From an uncultured Alphaproteobacteria bacterium (GTDB taxonomy: Bacteria; Pseudomonadota; Alphaproteobacteria; Micropepsales; Micropepsaceae): a stretch of DNA of 64,000 bases. The DNA is taken from NCBI GenBank assembly GCA_963741725.1, contig CAVUJC010000011.1, forward strand, positions 126,524-190,523. The letters are read 5' to 3'. The notes below the pieces were generated by a model. That model was not told the origin of the DNA. It did no database searches and saw only the letters and a program-made list of their open reading frames with translations. Positions 9,835 to 20,145 of this stretch are shown here, in pieces. The position numbers were made by a program, and so were the translations under genes. Numbering within the stretch: the first letter of the stretch is position 1; each line of letters opens with the position of its first letter.

Positions 9835-10995
9835 ATGAGCACTGTAAACGACGCCACGGCACCTGACGCGCGCGCACGCTTTCGTATGGAGCGTAAGCCG
9901 AAATCACTTCGTCTGGTGGTCGAGGGCGAGTGGACCACAAAGGACGCGGCCAAGCTGGACGTCCAGCTTCGCGCGCTTCAGCTCGGCGACGCCGCCGAAG
10001 CGCAGATCGACGGCTCGTCGCTGGAGCGGATCGACAGCGCGGGGACGTGGCTCCTGGTTCGCACCAAGCGCGAGTGGGAAAGCGCAGGCAGGAAAGTCGG
10101 ACCGATCCTGCTGCCGAACATGTACGATTCTCTGCTGCACACTGTCGAGCATGAGCACACAGCGCCGCCGGTCGTCATCCATAACCGGCACACATTGGAA
10201 GCCTTCGTCGAGCGTGTCGGCAAGGGAACGGTCCACGGCGTCTATCAGGGCGCCGGAATCCTCAGTTATGTCGGCCGCGTCACGCTTGAGTGGCTGGAGG
10301 CGATCTATCATCCGCGCGGAAACCTGCGCATCGCTGCGCTGTTTCACCAGATCGAAGAAACCGGCATCAATGCCTTGCCGATCGTCGGGCTTCTCGCCTT
10401 CCTGATCGGCATCGTTCTCGCCTACCAGGGCGCCGATCAGCTCAAGCGTTTCGGCGCCGAGATCTTCACCATCAACCTGCTCGGCGTCGGCCTTCTGCGC
10501 GAGATCGCCGGCCTGATCACCGCGATCATCATCGCCGGCCGTTCCGGCTCCGCCTTCACCGCCCAGATCGGCACGATGCGCGTGAACGAGGAACTCGACG
10601 CAATGCAGACGATCGGCATCAACACGGTCGACACGCTCGTGCTTCCGCGCATTCTCGGTCTCGCCATCGCGTTGCCGTTCCTCACCTTCTATGCCGACAT
10701 CATGGGCATGATCGGCGGCGCGGTGATGTGTTACTTCGACCTGCACATCACGCTGGCGGAGTTCCTGCGCCAGTTGCAGCAGGCGATCTCGCTCAACACG
10801 TTCCTGGTCGGCATCATCAAGGCGCCGGTGTTTGCGCTGATCATCAGTCTTGTCGGCTGCTATGAGGGTCTGCAGGTCGAGCGCAACGCCGCGAGCGTCG
10901 GCAAGCTCACGACCCGCTCCGTCGTCGAATCCGTGTTTCTTGTCATTGTTCTGGACGCCGCCTTCTCCATCATCTTCTCGATCATAGGGATCTGA
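9835..10995 (+). CDS. mlaE: MlaE-type ABC permease with N-terminal STAS domain
   Basis: STAS (LERIDSAGTWLL); LREIAGLITAIIIAGRSGSAFTAQIGTMRVNEELDAM MlaE motif. Confidence 0.9.
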   Translation: MSTVNDATAPDARARFRMERKPKSLRLVVEGEWTTKDAAKLDVQLRALQLGDAAEAQIDGSSLERIDSAGTWLLVRTKREWESAGRKVGPILLPNMYDSLLHTVEHEHTAPPVVIHNRHTLEAFVERVGKGTVHGVYQGAGILSYVGRVTLEWLEAIYHPRGNLRIAALFHQIEETGINALPIVGLLAFLIGIVLAYQGADQLKRFGAEIFTINLLGVGLLREIAGLITAIIIAGRSGSAFTAQIGTMRVNEELDAMQTIGINTVDTLVLPRILGLAIALPFLTFYADIMGMIGGAVMCYFDLHITLAEFLRQLQQAISLNTFLVGIIKAPVFALIISLVGCYEGLQVERNAASVGKLTTRSVVESVFLVIVLDAAFSIIFSIIGI

Positions 10996-10997
10996 CG

Positions 10998-11783
10998 ATG
11001 AGCGGGGGGCGGGTAAATCAGGGCGGCAGGGACAAGGAAGTCATCATCAAGGTGCGCGGTCTCGTAAACGGATTCGGCGACCAGCTCCTGCACGATCATC
11101 TCGATCTCGACGTCTATCGGGGCGAGGTCCTGGGCGTGGTCGGCGGCTCGGGCACCGGCAAGTCGGTTCTTCTGCGCTCGATCGTAGGCCTCAACAAGAT
11201 CCAGTCCGGGACAATCGAAGTCTTCGGCCAGAACACCGCAGGCCTGAACGAAGCGCAGATGCGGCAGATCGAGATGCGCTGGGGCGTGCTCTTCCAGGAA
11301 GGCGCGCTGTTCAGCTCGCAAACTATTGCCGAAAACATCCAGGTTCCGTTGCGCGAATATTTCCAGATGTCGCAGGACCTGATGAACGAGATCGCCTCGA
11401 TGAAGTTGTCGATGGTCGGCCTTCCCGAGGACGCCGCGGCGAAACATCCTTCGGAACTGTCTGGCGGCATGAAGAAGCGCGCCGGACTCGCGCGCGCGCT
11501 CGCGCTCGATCCCGACGTCGTTTTCCTCGACGAACCGACGGCGGGCCTTGATCCGATCTCGGCCAACATGTTCGACGAACTGGTCAAGGATTTGCAGAAG
11601 AGCCTGAATTTGACGGTCTTCATGGTCACGCACGATCTCGACACGCTGCGCGCGACCACCGACCGCATCGCCGTTCTGGTCGACAGGAAAATCAAGGTCG
11701 GCACGATTGATGAGCTGCGCCGCGATCCGCATCCATGGATCCAGCAGTATTTTTCCGGCCCGCGCGGACGCGCGGCAGCCTGA
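10998..11783 (+). CDS. mlaF: MlaF-type ABC ATPase
   Basis: GGSGTGKS, LSGGMKKRAGLARALALDP, DEPTAGLDPI. Confidence 0.9.
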   Translation: MSGGRVNQGGRDKEVIIKVRGLVNGFGDQLLHDHLDLDVYRGEVLGVVGGSGTGKSVLLRSIVGLNKIQSGTIEVFGQNTAGLNEAQMRQIEMRWGVLFQEGALFSSQTIAENIQVPLREYFQMSQDLMNEIASMKLSMVGLPEDAAAKHPSELSGGMKKRAGLARALALDPDVVFLDEPTAGLDPISANMFDELVKDLQKSLNLTVFMVTHDLDTLRATTDRIAVLVDRKIKVGTIDELRRDPHPWIQQYFSGPRGRAAA

Positions 11784-11798
11784 GGGGGACGAAGGACG

Positions 11799-12674
11799 AT
11801 GGAAACCAGGGCAAACTATATCGCCGTCGGCGCGTTTGTTCTCGCCTGCATGTTCGGCATGGTCGTAACGGTCCTGTGGCTGGCTGGCACGGAGAACATC
11901 ACCTACTCGTTCTACACGGTGAAGTTCCACGGCTCGGTCACCGGTCTCGGCAAGGGCACGATCGTTCGCTACAACGGCCTGGAAGCGGGCCGCGTCGAGG
12001 ATCTCATCATCGATCCCAACAATTCCAAATCGGTGCTCGCGACGATCAAGGTCGACAAGACCTTCGATATCCACAATGACGCGACCGCTGCGATCGCAAG
12101 CCAGGGCCTGACGGGCGGGTCTTATGTCGAGCTTCTCGGCGGCACGATGGCCAATCCCACCCTGGCGCACATGGGCCACCGCGACATAGAGCGAAATCCT
12201 GAGATCAAGTCGATTCCAGGCACGTTCGAGAAACTCGAACAGAAGCTGGATCAGCTGACCGACAAGCTCAATATCACCGCGGAACGCGTCAACCTTGTGC
12301 TTGACGACAAGAACCGAAAGGCGATCGCGGGCATCCTCGACCATGTTGAAGTAATCACCGGCACTCTTGCCAATCGCTCGGCCGACATCGATGCCACGCT
12401 GCGCAATGCCGCTGACGCGACCCACAACATCGCAATCGCCTCTCACGACCTGCACCCGACGCTCGTTCAGGCCGACACCACGCTCAAGAAACTCGACACG
12501 CTGGCGACCGATGCGGATCGCGTCGTGACCGGCGACGGCGTCGCCCAGCTCCAGGCGCTGGTCGCAGATTCCCGCAGGCTGGTGGGCAGCCTGACCAAAT
12601 TGTCCGACGAACTAAACCGAGAGCCGACGAGAATTATCTTCGGCGACAGGCGAAAGGGGTACACACCCAAATGA
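11799..12674 (+). CDS. mlaD: MCE/MlaD family protein
   Basis: METRANYIAVGAF TM anchor, VTGLGKGTIVRYNGLEAGRV MCE domain, SQGLTGGSYVEL. Confidence 0.9.
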   Translation: METRANYIAVGAFVLACMFGMVVTVLWLAGTENITYSFYTVKFHGSVTGLGKGTIVRYNGLEAGRVEDLIIDPNNSKSVLATIKVDKTFDIHNDATAAIASQGLTGGSYVELLGGTMANPTLAHMGHRDIERNPEIKSIPGTFEKLEQKLDQLTDKLNITAERVNLVLDDKNRKAIAGILDHVEVITGTLANRSADIDATLRNAADATHNIAIASHDLHPTLVQADTTLKKLDTLATDADRVVTGDGVAQLQALVADSRRLVGSLTKLSDELNREPTRIIFGDRRKGYTPK

Positions 12675-13312
12675 GCAAGAAATCCTTTTCGATCGGCCGC
12701 CGCGCCCTGCTGGTCAGCGGCGCCTCAGCCTTCGTGCTTTCGGCCTGCAGCAACATCATCGGACCGCCCGAGGCCGCGCCGATGTACGAGCTCGAGCCCG
12801 CCCACATGCCTGTCGGCGCCGCACCGCGGGTGACCTGGCAGATGACGGTCGTGCTGCCGGAAGCGCCCGACAGCCTCGATACGATGCGCATCGCTCTCGA
12901 ACAGCCGGGCGGTCAGTTGGACTATTACGCCAACGCCAGTTGGCAGGACCGCCTGCCATTCCTCGTCCAGAGCACGCTCGTTGAAGCTTTCGAAGCGAGC
13001 GGCCACATGCCGGCCGTCGGTCGCGATACCGAAGGGCTGAAGTCGGACTATCTTCTCGTCACCGACATCCGTGATTTCAATGCGCGCTACGAAACCGCCG
13101 ATACCGCGCCGCTCGCAGTGGTGCGCATCGTCGCCAAGGTGATCGCCGCGCACACAAGGACCATAGTGCTGTCGGTCGATGCGCATGAGGAAATCCAGGC
13201 CAGCCAGAACAGCGTTCCCAGCGTCGTCGAAGCGTTCAACCGGGCGCTCTCTTCGGTGCAAGCAAAGATCATCGAGGCTGTACTGAGTGCCCCGCCGCCG
13301 CCGACGCTGTGA
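12671..13312 (+). CDS. ABC-type transport auxiliary lipoprotein (PqiC-like)
   Basis: Lipobox LSAC, YYANASWQDRLP, position at end of MCE operon. Confidence 0.8.
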   Translation: MSKKSFSIGRRALLVSGASAFVLSACSNIIGPPEAAPMYELEPAHMPVGAAPRVTWQMTVVLPEAPDSLDTMRIALEQPGGQLDYYANASWQDRLPFLVQSTLVEAFEASGHMPAVGRDTEGLKSDYLLVTDIRDFNARYETADTAPLAVVRIVAKVIAAHTRTIVLSVDAHEEIQASQNSVPSVVEAFNRALSSVQAKIIEAVLSAPPPPTL

Positions 13313-13456
13313 CGCCGCGACATTTTGAGAAAAGTCGAATCAGGCCCAGCGCAATCGATTAACGGTGTAAGCACTCCAGGAGCGACTGATCTCCCGACTT
13401 TGCGCGTATAAACTCCAGGCGGTGTCTTGTGAGAATCGCTCATGGTCGGGGAGACA

Positions 13457-14626
13457 ATGATGCGTCTGGTATCGGCAATTTTTGCGTTGGCCGTGACGTT
13501 CGTTGCACCTGCGGCGGCTTCGGACTGCAATCTGGCTGCGCCCGATGCCGCCAGCGCAGGTCCGGACTGTGCCCGCGCCTGGATGGATCAAAACCTTCAT
13601 CTCAACGACATAGTCACCGTCGGCACGCACAACAGCTACAAGGAAGCAATTCCCGACAAGATCATGGCGCTGATCCGCATGGGCGCGCCCAAAGCGGCCA
13701 TCGGACTCGACTACTCGCATGTTCCGCTCACCGATCAGCTCAATGACGGCGCGCGGGCCATCGAAATCGACGTCGCCTATGACCCGCAGGGCGGACTTTA
13801 TGCGCATCCTGCGGGCGCGGCGATGACGGGCGTTCCGCTTCCGGATGGCTACGACACCATCATGTCGAAGCCGGGCTTCAAAGTGCTGCATGTGCAGGAC
13901 ATCGATTTCCGCTCGGTCTGCGCGACACTGGTGGCATGCCTTGGGGAATTGAAGGCCTGGTCCGCCGCGCATCCCGATCACATTCCGATCCTCGTGACGA
14001 TGAACGCCAAGGATGACGAGATTCCTTTTCCCGGATCCGTGACTCCGCTGAAATTCGACACTGCGGCGTTCGATGCGCTGGACGCCGAAATCCTTTCGGT
14101 CTTTTCGCGCGACCAGATCGTGACACCCGACCAGGTGCAGGGCACGTTTCCCACGCTGCGCGACGCGGTCCTGCAGCATGGCTGGCCGACATTGGGCGAA
14201 ACGCGCGGCAAGTTTCTCTTCGCTCTCGATGAGGACGGCGACAAGATCAAGGCCTATCAGGGCGGCCGCAAGTCGCTGGAGGGCCGCGTGATGTTCGTCA
14301 ATGCGCCCGAGGACTCTCCGGCCGCGGCCTATCTCACATTGAACGAAGCGCTGACCGATACGGCCCGCATCACCCGTGACGTTCAGTTGGGCTTTCTCGT
14401 TCGCACGCGCGCGGACGCCGACACGATGGAGGCGCGCAACAACGACACCGCGCGGCGCGACAAGGCGCTGATGTCCGGCGCCCAGTTCGTCTCGACCGAC
14501 TACATGCAGCCCGACACACGCTTTGGGCCTTACGAGGCGCGCTTGCCTCAGGGGTTCGTTGCCGCGTGCAATCCGCAGCGGCATCCGGAACGCTGCGATG
14601 GGATGGCGGTGGAACCCGCGCCCTAG
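13457..14626 (+). CDS. Secreted Ca2+-dependent phosphoinositide-specific phospholipase C family protein
   Basis: Signal peptide; GTHNSY, QLNDGARAIEIDV, FKVLHVQDID, GAQFVSTDY; RBS GGGGAG at 13448 favours ATG 13457/13460. Confidence 0.8.
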   Translation: MMRLVSAIFALAVTFVAPAAASDCNLAAPDAASAGPDCARAWMDQNLHLNDIVTVGTHNSYKEAIPDKIMALIRMGAPKAAIGLDYSHVPLTDQLNDGARAIEIDVAYDPQGGLYAHPAGAAMTGVPLPDGYDTIMSKPGFKVLHVQDIDFRSVCATLVACLGELKAWSAAHPDHIPILVTMNAKDDEIPFPGSVTPLKFDTAAFDALDAEILSVFSRDQIVTPDQVQGTFPTLRDAVLQHGWPTLGETRGKFLFALDEDGDKIKAYQGGRKSLEGRVMFVNAPEDSPAAAYLTLNEALTDTARITRDVQLGFLVRTRADADTMEARNNDTARRDKALMSGAQFVSTDYMQPDTRFGPYEARLPQGFVAACNPQRHPERCDGMAVEPAP

Positions 14627-15007
14627 CTAGCGCTTGCGCTGCTTTCGGGCGGCATAGCGCGCGTCGCGTGCCGCCTTTTGTTCGGCGGCGAGCGCGACAA
14701 GACGGTCGGCCTCTTCGCGGCGCGCCTTCAGACGCTCTTCTTCCGCAAGCTTCTCGGCCGCGATGCGGGCGGCTTCTTCGGCGGCGCGGCGTTCGGCATC
14801 GCGCAATGCTTCAGCCGCCTTCTCCGCAGCGCGGGCGGCGATGCGCGCCTCACGTTCTTCGGCCTGACGTTTGCGTTCGGCCTGGCGTCTGGCGAAGTCC
14901 GGGTCGTTCAACGGCGATTTTGCACGCGCGCGTTCGAGCTGGGCCTGCTTGGCTTTCGCTGCGGCTTCCAGTCTGTCGTTGAAGCCTTTTTCCTTAAATC
15001 CGCGCAT
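14627..15007 (-). CDS. DUF6481-like charged helical protein
   Basis: MRGFKEKGFNDRLEAAAKAK start, A/E/R-rich coiled coil, KAARDARYAARKQRK end. Confidence 0.7.
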   Translation of the reverse strand: MRGFKEKGFNDRLEAAAKAKQAQLERARAKSPLNDPDFARRQAERKRQAEEREARIAARAAEKAAEALRDAERRAAEEAARIAAEKLAEEERLKARREEADRLVALAAEQKAARDARYAARKQRKR

Positions 15008-15121
15008 GCAGTCGGGCCTGTCGCCTTTCAGAGTGAGAAGAGGGGCGGAAACTACGCTAGCGCAGCTTATTTTCAAGCCGGAATTGCCGTTCATTTCGCC
15101 TAAAATGTGAGATAAGGCCCC

Positions 15122-16927
15122 ATGGCCGCCCCGCTTCTGCTGCTTCAGAACATTCATGTGACGTTCGGGAACACCGCCCTCTTGGATGGCGCGGAGCTGT
15201 CCGTGGCGGCCGGTGAGCGCCTTTGCCTGGTCGGCCGCAATGGTTCGGGCAAATCGACCCTGTTGAAGGTCGCCGCCGGGCTGATCGAGACGGACGACGG
15301 CACGCGCTTCGCGCAACCGGGATCAACGATCCGATACCTGCCCCAGGAACCGAGCCTGTCGGGCTATGCCAGCACCCACGCCTATGTCGAAGCTGGACTG
15401 ATGCCGGGCGACGACCCTGCCCGCGCCTATTATCTGCTCGGCAAGCTCGGACTGACCGGCGCGGAAGTGCCGGACACGCTTTCGGGCGGCGAAGCGCGCC
15501 GCGCGGCGCTGGCCCGCGCGCTGGCGCCGCGACCCGACATTCTCCTGCTCGACGAGCCCACCAACCATCTGGATCTGCCGGCCATCGAGTGGCTGGAGAA
15601 CGAGTTGGGCGCCATGAAGTCGGCGCTCGTGCTGATCAGCCATGACCGGCGATTCCTGGAAAATCTGTCGCGCGCGACGGTGTGGCTCGACCGCGGCGTG
15701 ACGCGGCGGCTGGAGCGCGGGTTCGCCGGATTCGAGGCCTGGCGCGACGAGGTGCTCGCGCAGGAAGAGATCGAACGGCACAAGCTCGACCGTAAGATTG
15801 CGATGGAAGAAGACTGGGTCCGCTATGGCGTCAGCGCGCGCCGCAAGCGCAATCAGGGCCGTCTCGCCAAGTTGCGCGCCATGCGCACGGGACGCAGCGA
15901 ACAGCTCAAGGTGGCCGGCGCGGTGAAGATGACCGTGACCGAGGGAGAGGAAGGTGGCACGCGCGTCATCGACGCAAAGAGGATTTCCAAAAGCTGGGGC
16001 GAGACGGCCGTCGTGCGCGACTTTTCGATCCGCATCCATCGCGGCGACCGCGTCGGCGTGGTCGGTCCGAACGGCGCGGGCAAGACGACGCTGATCAACC
16101 TGCTGACGGGCGTGCTCGCGCCCGACACCGGCAATGTGAAGATCGGGATCAACGTCGTGATGGCAAGGCTGGACCAGAACCGCGCGCTGCTGGAACCGGA
16201 AGACACGCTGGCAAACGTCCTGACCGGCGGTTCGGGCGATCTGGTTTCCGTCGGCGGAGAGATGCGGCACGTTGTCAGCTATATGAAGGATTTTCTTTTC
16301 ACGCCGCAGCAGGCCCGCACGCCCGTGCGCGTTCTGTCGGGCGGCGAGCGCGCACGCTTGCTGCTCGCCAAAGCGCTGGCGCAGCCGTCGAACCTGCTGG
16401 TGCTGGACGAGCCGACCAACGATCTCGATCTCGAAACGCTCGACCTTCTGGAAGAGATGATCGACGACTACCCAGGTACCGTGATCGTCGTCAGCCATGA
16501 CCGCGATTTCCTTGACCGCGTCGCGACTTCGATCCTGATGGCAGAGGGCGACGGCCAGTTCATCGAATATGCCGGCGGCTACAGCGACATGGTGGCGCAA
16601 CGCGGCAGCGGCGTGGCGGCCAAAGCCGATGCGCGCGCGAAGACGGACAGACCGGCAAAAGAACGCCCGCGCGCCGAAGCGGCCAGGCGCAAGATGAACT
16701 TCTCCGACAAGCATGCGCTGGAGAAATTGCCGAAGCGGCTGGCCGAGCTGGACAAAAAAATCGCCGAGCTGCATCAGCAGCTATCCGACTCTCAGCTCTA
16801 TTCGCGCGATCCCAGGAAATATGCGGCGCTCTCCGAAGCGCTCGCCCACGCGCAGCATGAGCATATTCAAGGCGAAGAACGTTGGCTGGAGCTGGAGATG
16901 CTGCGCGAGGAACTCGAACGCGAGTGA
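15122..16927 (+). CDS. uup: ABC-F ATPase Uup
   Basis: Two NBDs plus C-terminal coiled-coil CTD (LEKLPKRLAEL...EERWLELE). Confidence 0.85.
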   Translation: MAAPLLLLQNIHVTFGNTALLDGAELSVAAGERLCLVGRNGSGKSTLLKVAAGLIETDDGTRFAQPGSTIRYLPQEPSLSGYASTHAYVEAGLMPGDDPARAYYLLGKLGLTGAEVPDTLSGGEARRAALARALAPRPDILLLDEPTNHLDLPAIEWLENELGAMKSALVLISHDRRFLENLSRATVWLDRGVTRRLERGFAGFEAWRDEVLAQEEIERHKLDRKIAMEEDWVRYGVSARRKRNQGRLAKLRAMRTGRSEQLKVAGAVKMTVTEGEEGGTRVIDAKRISKSWGETAVVRDFSIRIHRGDRVGVVGPNGAGKTTLINLLTGVLAPDTGNVKIGINVVMARLDQNRALLEPEDTLANVLTGGSGDLVSVGGEMRHVVSYMKDFLFTPQQARTPVRVLSGGERARLLLAKALAQPSNLLVLDEPTNDLDLETLDLLEEMIDDYPGTVIVVSHDRDFLDRVATSILMAEGDGQFIEYAGGYSDMVAQRGSGVAAKADARAKTDRPAKERPRAEAARRKMNFSDKHALEKLPKRLAELDKKIAELHQQLSDSQLYSRDPRKYAALSEALAHAQHEHIQGEERWLELEMLREELERE

Positions 16928-17024
16928 CGCGCCGGGCTTACGCAAATCTCCTTAAGCAACGTTCCGAATAGATCGCGCCGCCAAGTGCGGCCAGCATGGC
17001 TCCGCAACATGGCGGGCAGCGGAC

Positions 17025-17321
17025 ATGACGCCTCATCTGATTACACGCGGATTGCTGACGTTTGTATTTGTCTGGCTGATGCTACCGCATGAACCGGATG
17101 TCGGATTGGGCAGTCCGCAGCAGCCGCTCGCAGTTTCGCCAGTCGCTGCGTCGACACCTTGCCGGCCAGTGCACGTGAGGACGTGCGACGGCGTCGTCTT
17201 TCGCGCGCTGTTCGACTCCGTCGGCTCTCTTGTCAGCATGCGCGCGAATCTGCTGGACGGCGTCGAGCGCGTCCGCGCCGATGTTGCGGCCAACCGGCGC
17301 GGCGCACACAAAACACCTTAG
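17025..17321 (+). CDS. Hypothetical protein with N-terminal hydrophobic segment
   Basis: 98-aa ORF filling gap; TM/signal LLTFVFVWLML followed by PHEPDVGLG. Confidence 0.5.
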   Translation: MTPHLITRGLLTFVFVWLMLPHEPDVGLGSPQQPLAVSPVAASTPCRPVHVRTCDGVVFRALFDSVGSLVSMRANLLDGVERVRADVAANRRGAHKTP

Positions 17322-17333
17322 CGGTCCAATTTT

Positions 17334-18317
17334 CTACGCTGTCCGGCCACTTCGCACCTCGGATGGCGAAGCGCCGAAATGCCGGCGAAAACTGCGATTG
17401 AAGTAGGACAGCTCGCCGAACCCGCTTTCAAAGGCGATCGAACTGATGCTGCGGTCTGCAAAACGGTTGTCCGATAGTATGCGGTAGGCGCGCTGGAGAC
17501 GCCGCTCGAGCACGAACGCCGACAGTGTGGTGCCCTCGCTTTCGAACAGGCGCTGCACGGCGCGCGGGCTGAGATGATGCGCGGACGCGAGCTTGGCGAT
17601 GTTGAGATCGCTGCGTTCGAGATTGCGCATGATGTCGGCCTTGATGATGCGCAGGCGCGCCGCGTGACGTCCGCGGCCGACTGTGCGCGCCGCCGAATCG
17701 CGCGACGCGCCCAGACTAAGCGCGACCAGATCGCAGACATGGCTGGCCACGATGCGATCGGCACCCGGCGTCATGGCAAAATCGCCGCTCGAGAACAAGG
17801 TCGCCACATAGCGGATCAGGAGGCGCAGCATATCAGTCTGGCTCGAGACCAGCCGCCCCGTGACGTCCTGAAGATTAGACGCGAGCGGTTCCAGCGCGGC
17901 GCGCGGGATGCGCAGCAGAATGATGTCAGCAGGATTGCGCCAGCCATAGTCGCCGGCTTCGCTGCAACTGAAGAGAATTGCGTCGCTCGCGTGGAGGACC
18001 TGCTCGCGTCCGCCATAGGATGCCACCACTTCTCCGGTCACGCAGATCAGGAGCGCGACATCGGCCGCATCTTCATCGGCCTGGCTGGCGAAAAGCCGAT
18101 TGTGCGACGCTGAGATCGTGCCGCCGGCAATGCGAAAATTGGCTTGGGCCCGCAACTGGACGTCGGCGTGAAACGCCGCGCCGGTCGCCGTCACCCTGGC
18201 GTTGATCAGTTTGCGTGTGAGCACGTCCTGCCACGCTGCAAGTCTGGCGGAGGACGGGTAGTCATCGCTTGAAAACTGCAGCATTCGAAAGTCGGGCGGA
18301 GCTGGATCAAGAGGCAT
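17334..18317 (-). CDS. AraC family transcriptional regulator
   Basis: C-terminal ISSIAFESGFGELSYFNRSFRRHFGASP HTH; start uncertain (18317 chosen; ORF open to 18443). Confidence 0.88.
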   Translation of the reverse strand: MPLDPAPPDFRMLQFSSDDYPSSARLAAWQDVLTRKLINARVTATGAAFHADVQLRAQANFRIAGGTISASHNRLFASQADEDAADVALLICVTGEVVASYGGREQVLHASDAILFSCSEAGDYGWRNPADIILLRIPRAALEPLASNLQDVTGRLVSSQTDMLRLLIRYVATLFSSGDFAMTPGADRIVASHVCDLVALSLGASRDSAARTVGRGRHAARLRIIKADIMRNLERSDLNIAKLASAHHLSPRAVQRLFESEGTTLSAFVLERRLQRAYRILSDNRFADRSISSIAFESGFGELSYFNRSFRRHFGASPSEVRSGRTA

Positions 18318-18469
18318 GATGGCGAGCCGATGACAGGTTCCCGGAGTGGCGTGTGTCAGCATTGCGACTTCTGTCGTCCCGGTCCAATGAATTGTCGTCC
18401 CCGTGCAAGAATTGCCCGGGTTGGGATGACTAGATTGCGTCACGTAGCCATCGGCGATTTGATGAAATC

Positions 18470-18697
18470 ATGCAGGAAAACAGCATATTAACTCAAAAAA
18501 CTGCGACCAATGCTGGCTTTCGGACGTGGCCGGACGAAAACGGCATTTCTGTCGCTCAGAGCGCATGGTCTGGCGCGATTCGCGCCATTTGCCTTGTTTT
18601 CGGACTAACGCTTGGCTGGATTCTCATCTTTGACCCGGGCGTGGTGCGCGAGTTGTCCGCTGTCCGCGCCGCGCCGCACATCAGCCCGCACATGTGA
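18470..18697 (+). CDS. Small hypothetical membrane protein
   Basis: 75-aa ORF divergent from AraC with one TM (AICLVFGLTLGWILIF). Confidence 0.4.
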   Translation: MQENSILTQKTATNAGFRTWPDENGISVAQSAWSGAIRAICLVFGLTLGWILIFDPGVVRELSAVRAAPHISPHM

Positions 18698-18777
18698 CAC
18701 CGACGGGCCAACGCGCACGCAACTCTGAAATGTTGCGTGTGAATCGCCGGTTTTCGTTACTCGCAAGCCAGAAATGT

Positions 18778-20145
18778 TCAGGGGACGCGTGGGTCTGCGC
18801 CGCTGGATTTCGACGTCAGCATCGCATAGTGCCCTCGCGCACGTTGGTCGCCGGGGTGACTTTGCAGCCAGTCGTGAAGCGCGCGCAGTGCCACGTCCTT
18901 GCCGAGCGGCAGGAGTTCTTCGCCGGCTCCCAGCGCAATCGCCCGACTGATGGCATTGTTCGCGAGATCGTGGCGGCCGCTCAGTGAATAGGCTCGCGCG
19001 AACATCACCGCGACGCGGGGATCTTTTGAGTCCGACGCCGGCGCAAGAATGCTCAGCGCGCTTTGCGGACCGTTCTGGCGGAGGCGGATATCGGCGAGCA
19101 ACAACCGCGCATCGAGAAGGCTCTGGTTTCGTGCGAGCGCCGCCGACAAGATGCCCGCGCCGGACTCGAGAAATCCGGCCTGCGCCGCCATGTTCGCGAC
19201 GTTCACTGCAATTTCGGCGCGCGATTCGAGAAATTCGGACGGCAGCGACTGTGCGATCGCCCACGCCGCCGTCGCGTCGTTGGTGCGGGCAAGGACGAGC
19301 GCACGAAAGTAATTGGCGACGTTGCTGGACGCCACATAGGGCAACCGGTCGACCTCCGGCTTTGCCTTGTCGATCTGGTTGAGCGCCAGGTACACCGTCA
19401 GTCGCTCAAGCCTAGCCCCCAGGTCGTTCGGCATCTCGGCAACCTGTCGCTCGGCGAGGGCAAGGGCCTTGGGCCCGTCCCCGGACTTCAGAGCGATATG
19501 GATCCTGCACAGGACGGCATCGCGGCTCTTGGGCGCAAGTCGCAACGCTTCGTCGGACAGAGCCTTGGCGAGAGCCGGATTGCCCTGAACCAGCGCGATC
19601 TGCGCGGCGGCCACAAGACTGTCCACGTCCCGGCGGATCGCGAGAGAACGATTTATGGCCGCGAGTGCGTCCGCATCGTTCCCAAGGTTCTGCAGCGCCA
19701 AAGCGCGCGCCCGAAGCACCGTCGCGGCGTGCGGGCTGGAGTCCTGATCGGCCGGATCGGCGTAGAGGGCGAGCAGCGACTGATTCCCGCCAAGCGCGAG
19801 CGTCGCCTTGAAGAGCGGGTTGAGCGTAACGTCTTCGCTGGCTCCCAGCCGGCGCGCGAGTTCCAGCTCTGCCTTGGCGTAGGCATAGTCCTCGACAGCA
19901 TCCAGAGCGATGCCGAGTTGCGCGTGCGCATAGGCATTGCCGGGTTCCATTCCCACCGCCAGCTTCGCATCGATCAGCGCGCTCTGCAGTTGACCCGCCC
20001 AAAGCTCCTGGCGGCTGCGGCGAAGTGTTTGCTCGAAGGCGGGGTTCGTCGGCGGTGAGTTGGCGGCGGCCAGCGCCTGCTGCGACGACAGGATCAGCCC
20101 GACCGTCCAAGCGAGGCGCGTAAAAACTAGTCGCGTCGGGAACAT
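18778..20145 (-). CDS. Exported tetratricopeptide-repeat protein (PrsT-like, about half length)
   Basis: Signal peptide ending QALAA; multiple Ala/Leu-rich TPR helices; start at MFPTRL uncertain. Confidence 0.65.
   Translation of the reverse strand: MFPTRLVFTRLAWTVGLILSSQQALAAANSPPTNPAFEQTLRRSRQELWAGQLQSALIDAKLAVGMEPGNAYAHAQLGIALDAVEDYAYAKAELELARRLGASEDVTLNPLFKATLALGGNQSLLALYADPADQDSSPHAATVLRARALALQNLGNDADALAAINRSLAIRRDVDSLVAAAQIALVQGNPALAKALSDEALRLAPKSRDAVLCRIHIALKSGDGPKALALAERQVAEMPNDLGARLERLTVYLALNQIDKAKPEVDRLPYVASSNVANYFRALVLARTNDATAAWAIAQSLPSEFLESRAEIAVNVANMAAQAGFLESGAGILSAALARNQSLLDARLLLADIRLRQNGPQSALSILAPASDSKDPRVAVMFARAYSLSGRHDLANNAISRAIALGAGEELLPLGKDVALRALHDWLQSHPGDQRARGHYAMLTSKSSGADPRVP

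Noticed and set aside
14627-15007. Repetitive Ala/Glu/Arg tract as a tandem repeat
   Set aside because: Low-complexity coiled-coil coding sequence, no fixed repeat unit
17010-17022. attR copy of the tRNA-Ser 3' end
   Set aside because: Only 10/13 match (TGGCGGGCAGCGG versus TGGCGGACAGGGT); expected by chance in GC-rich DNA
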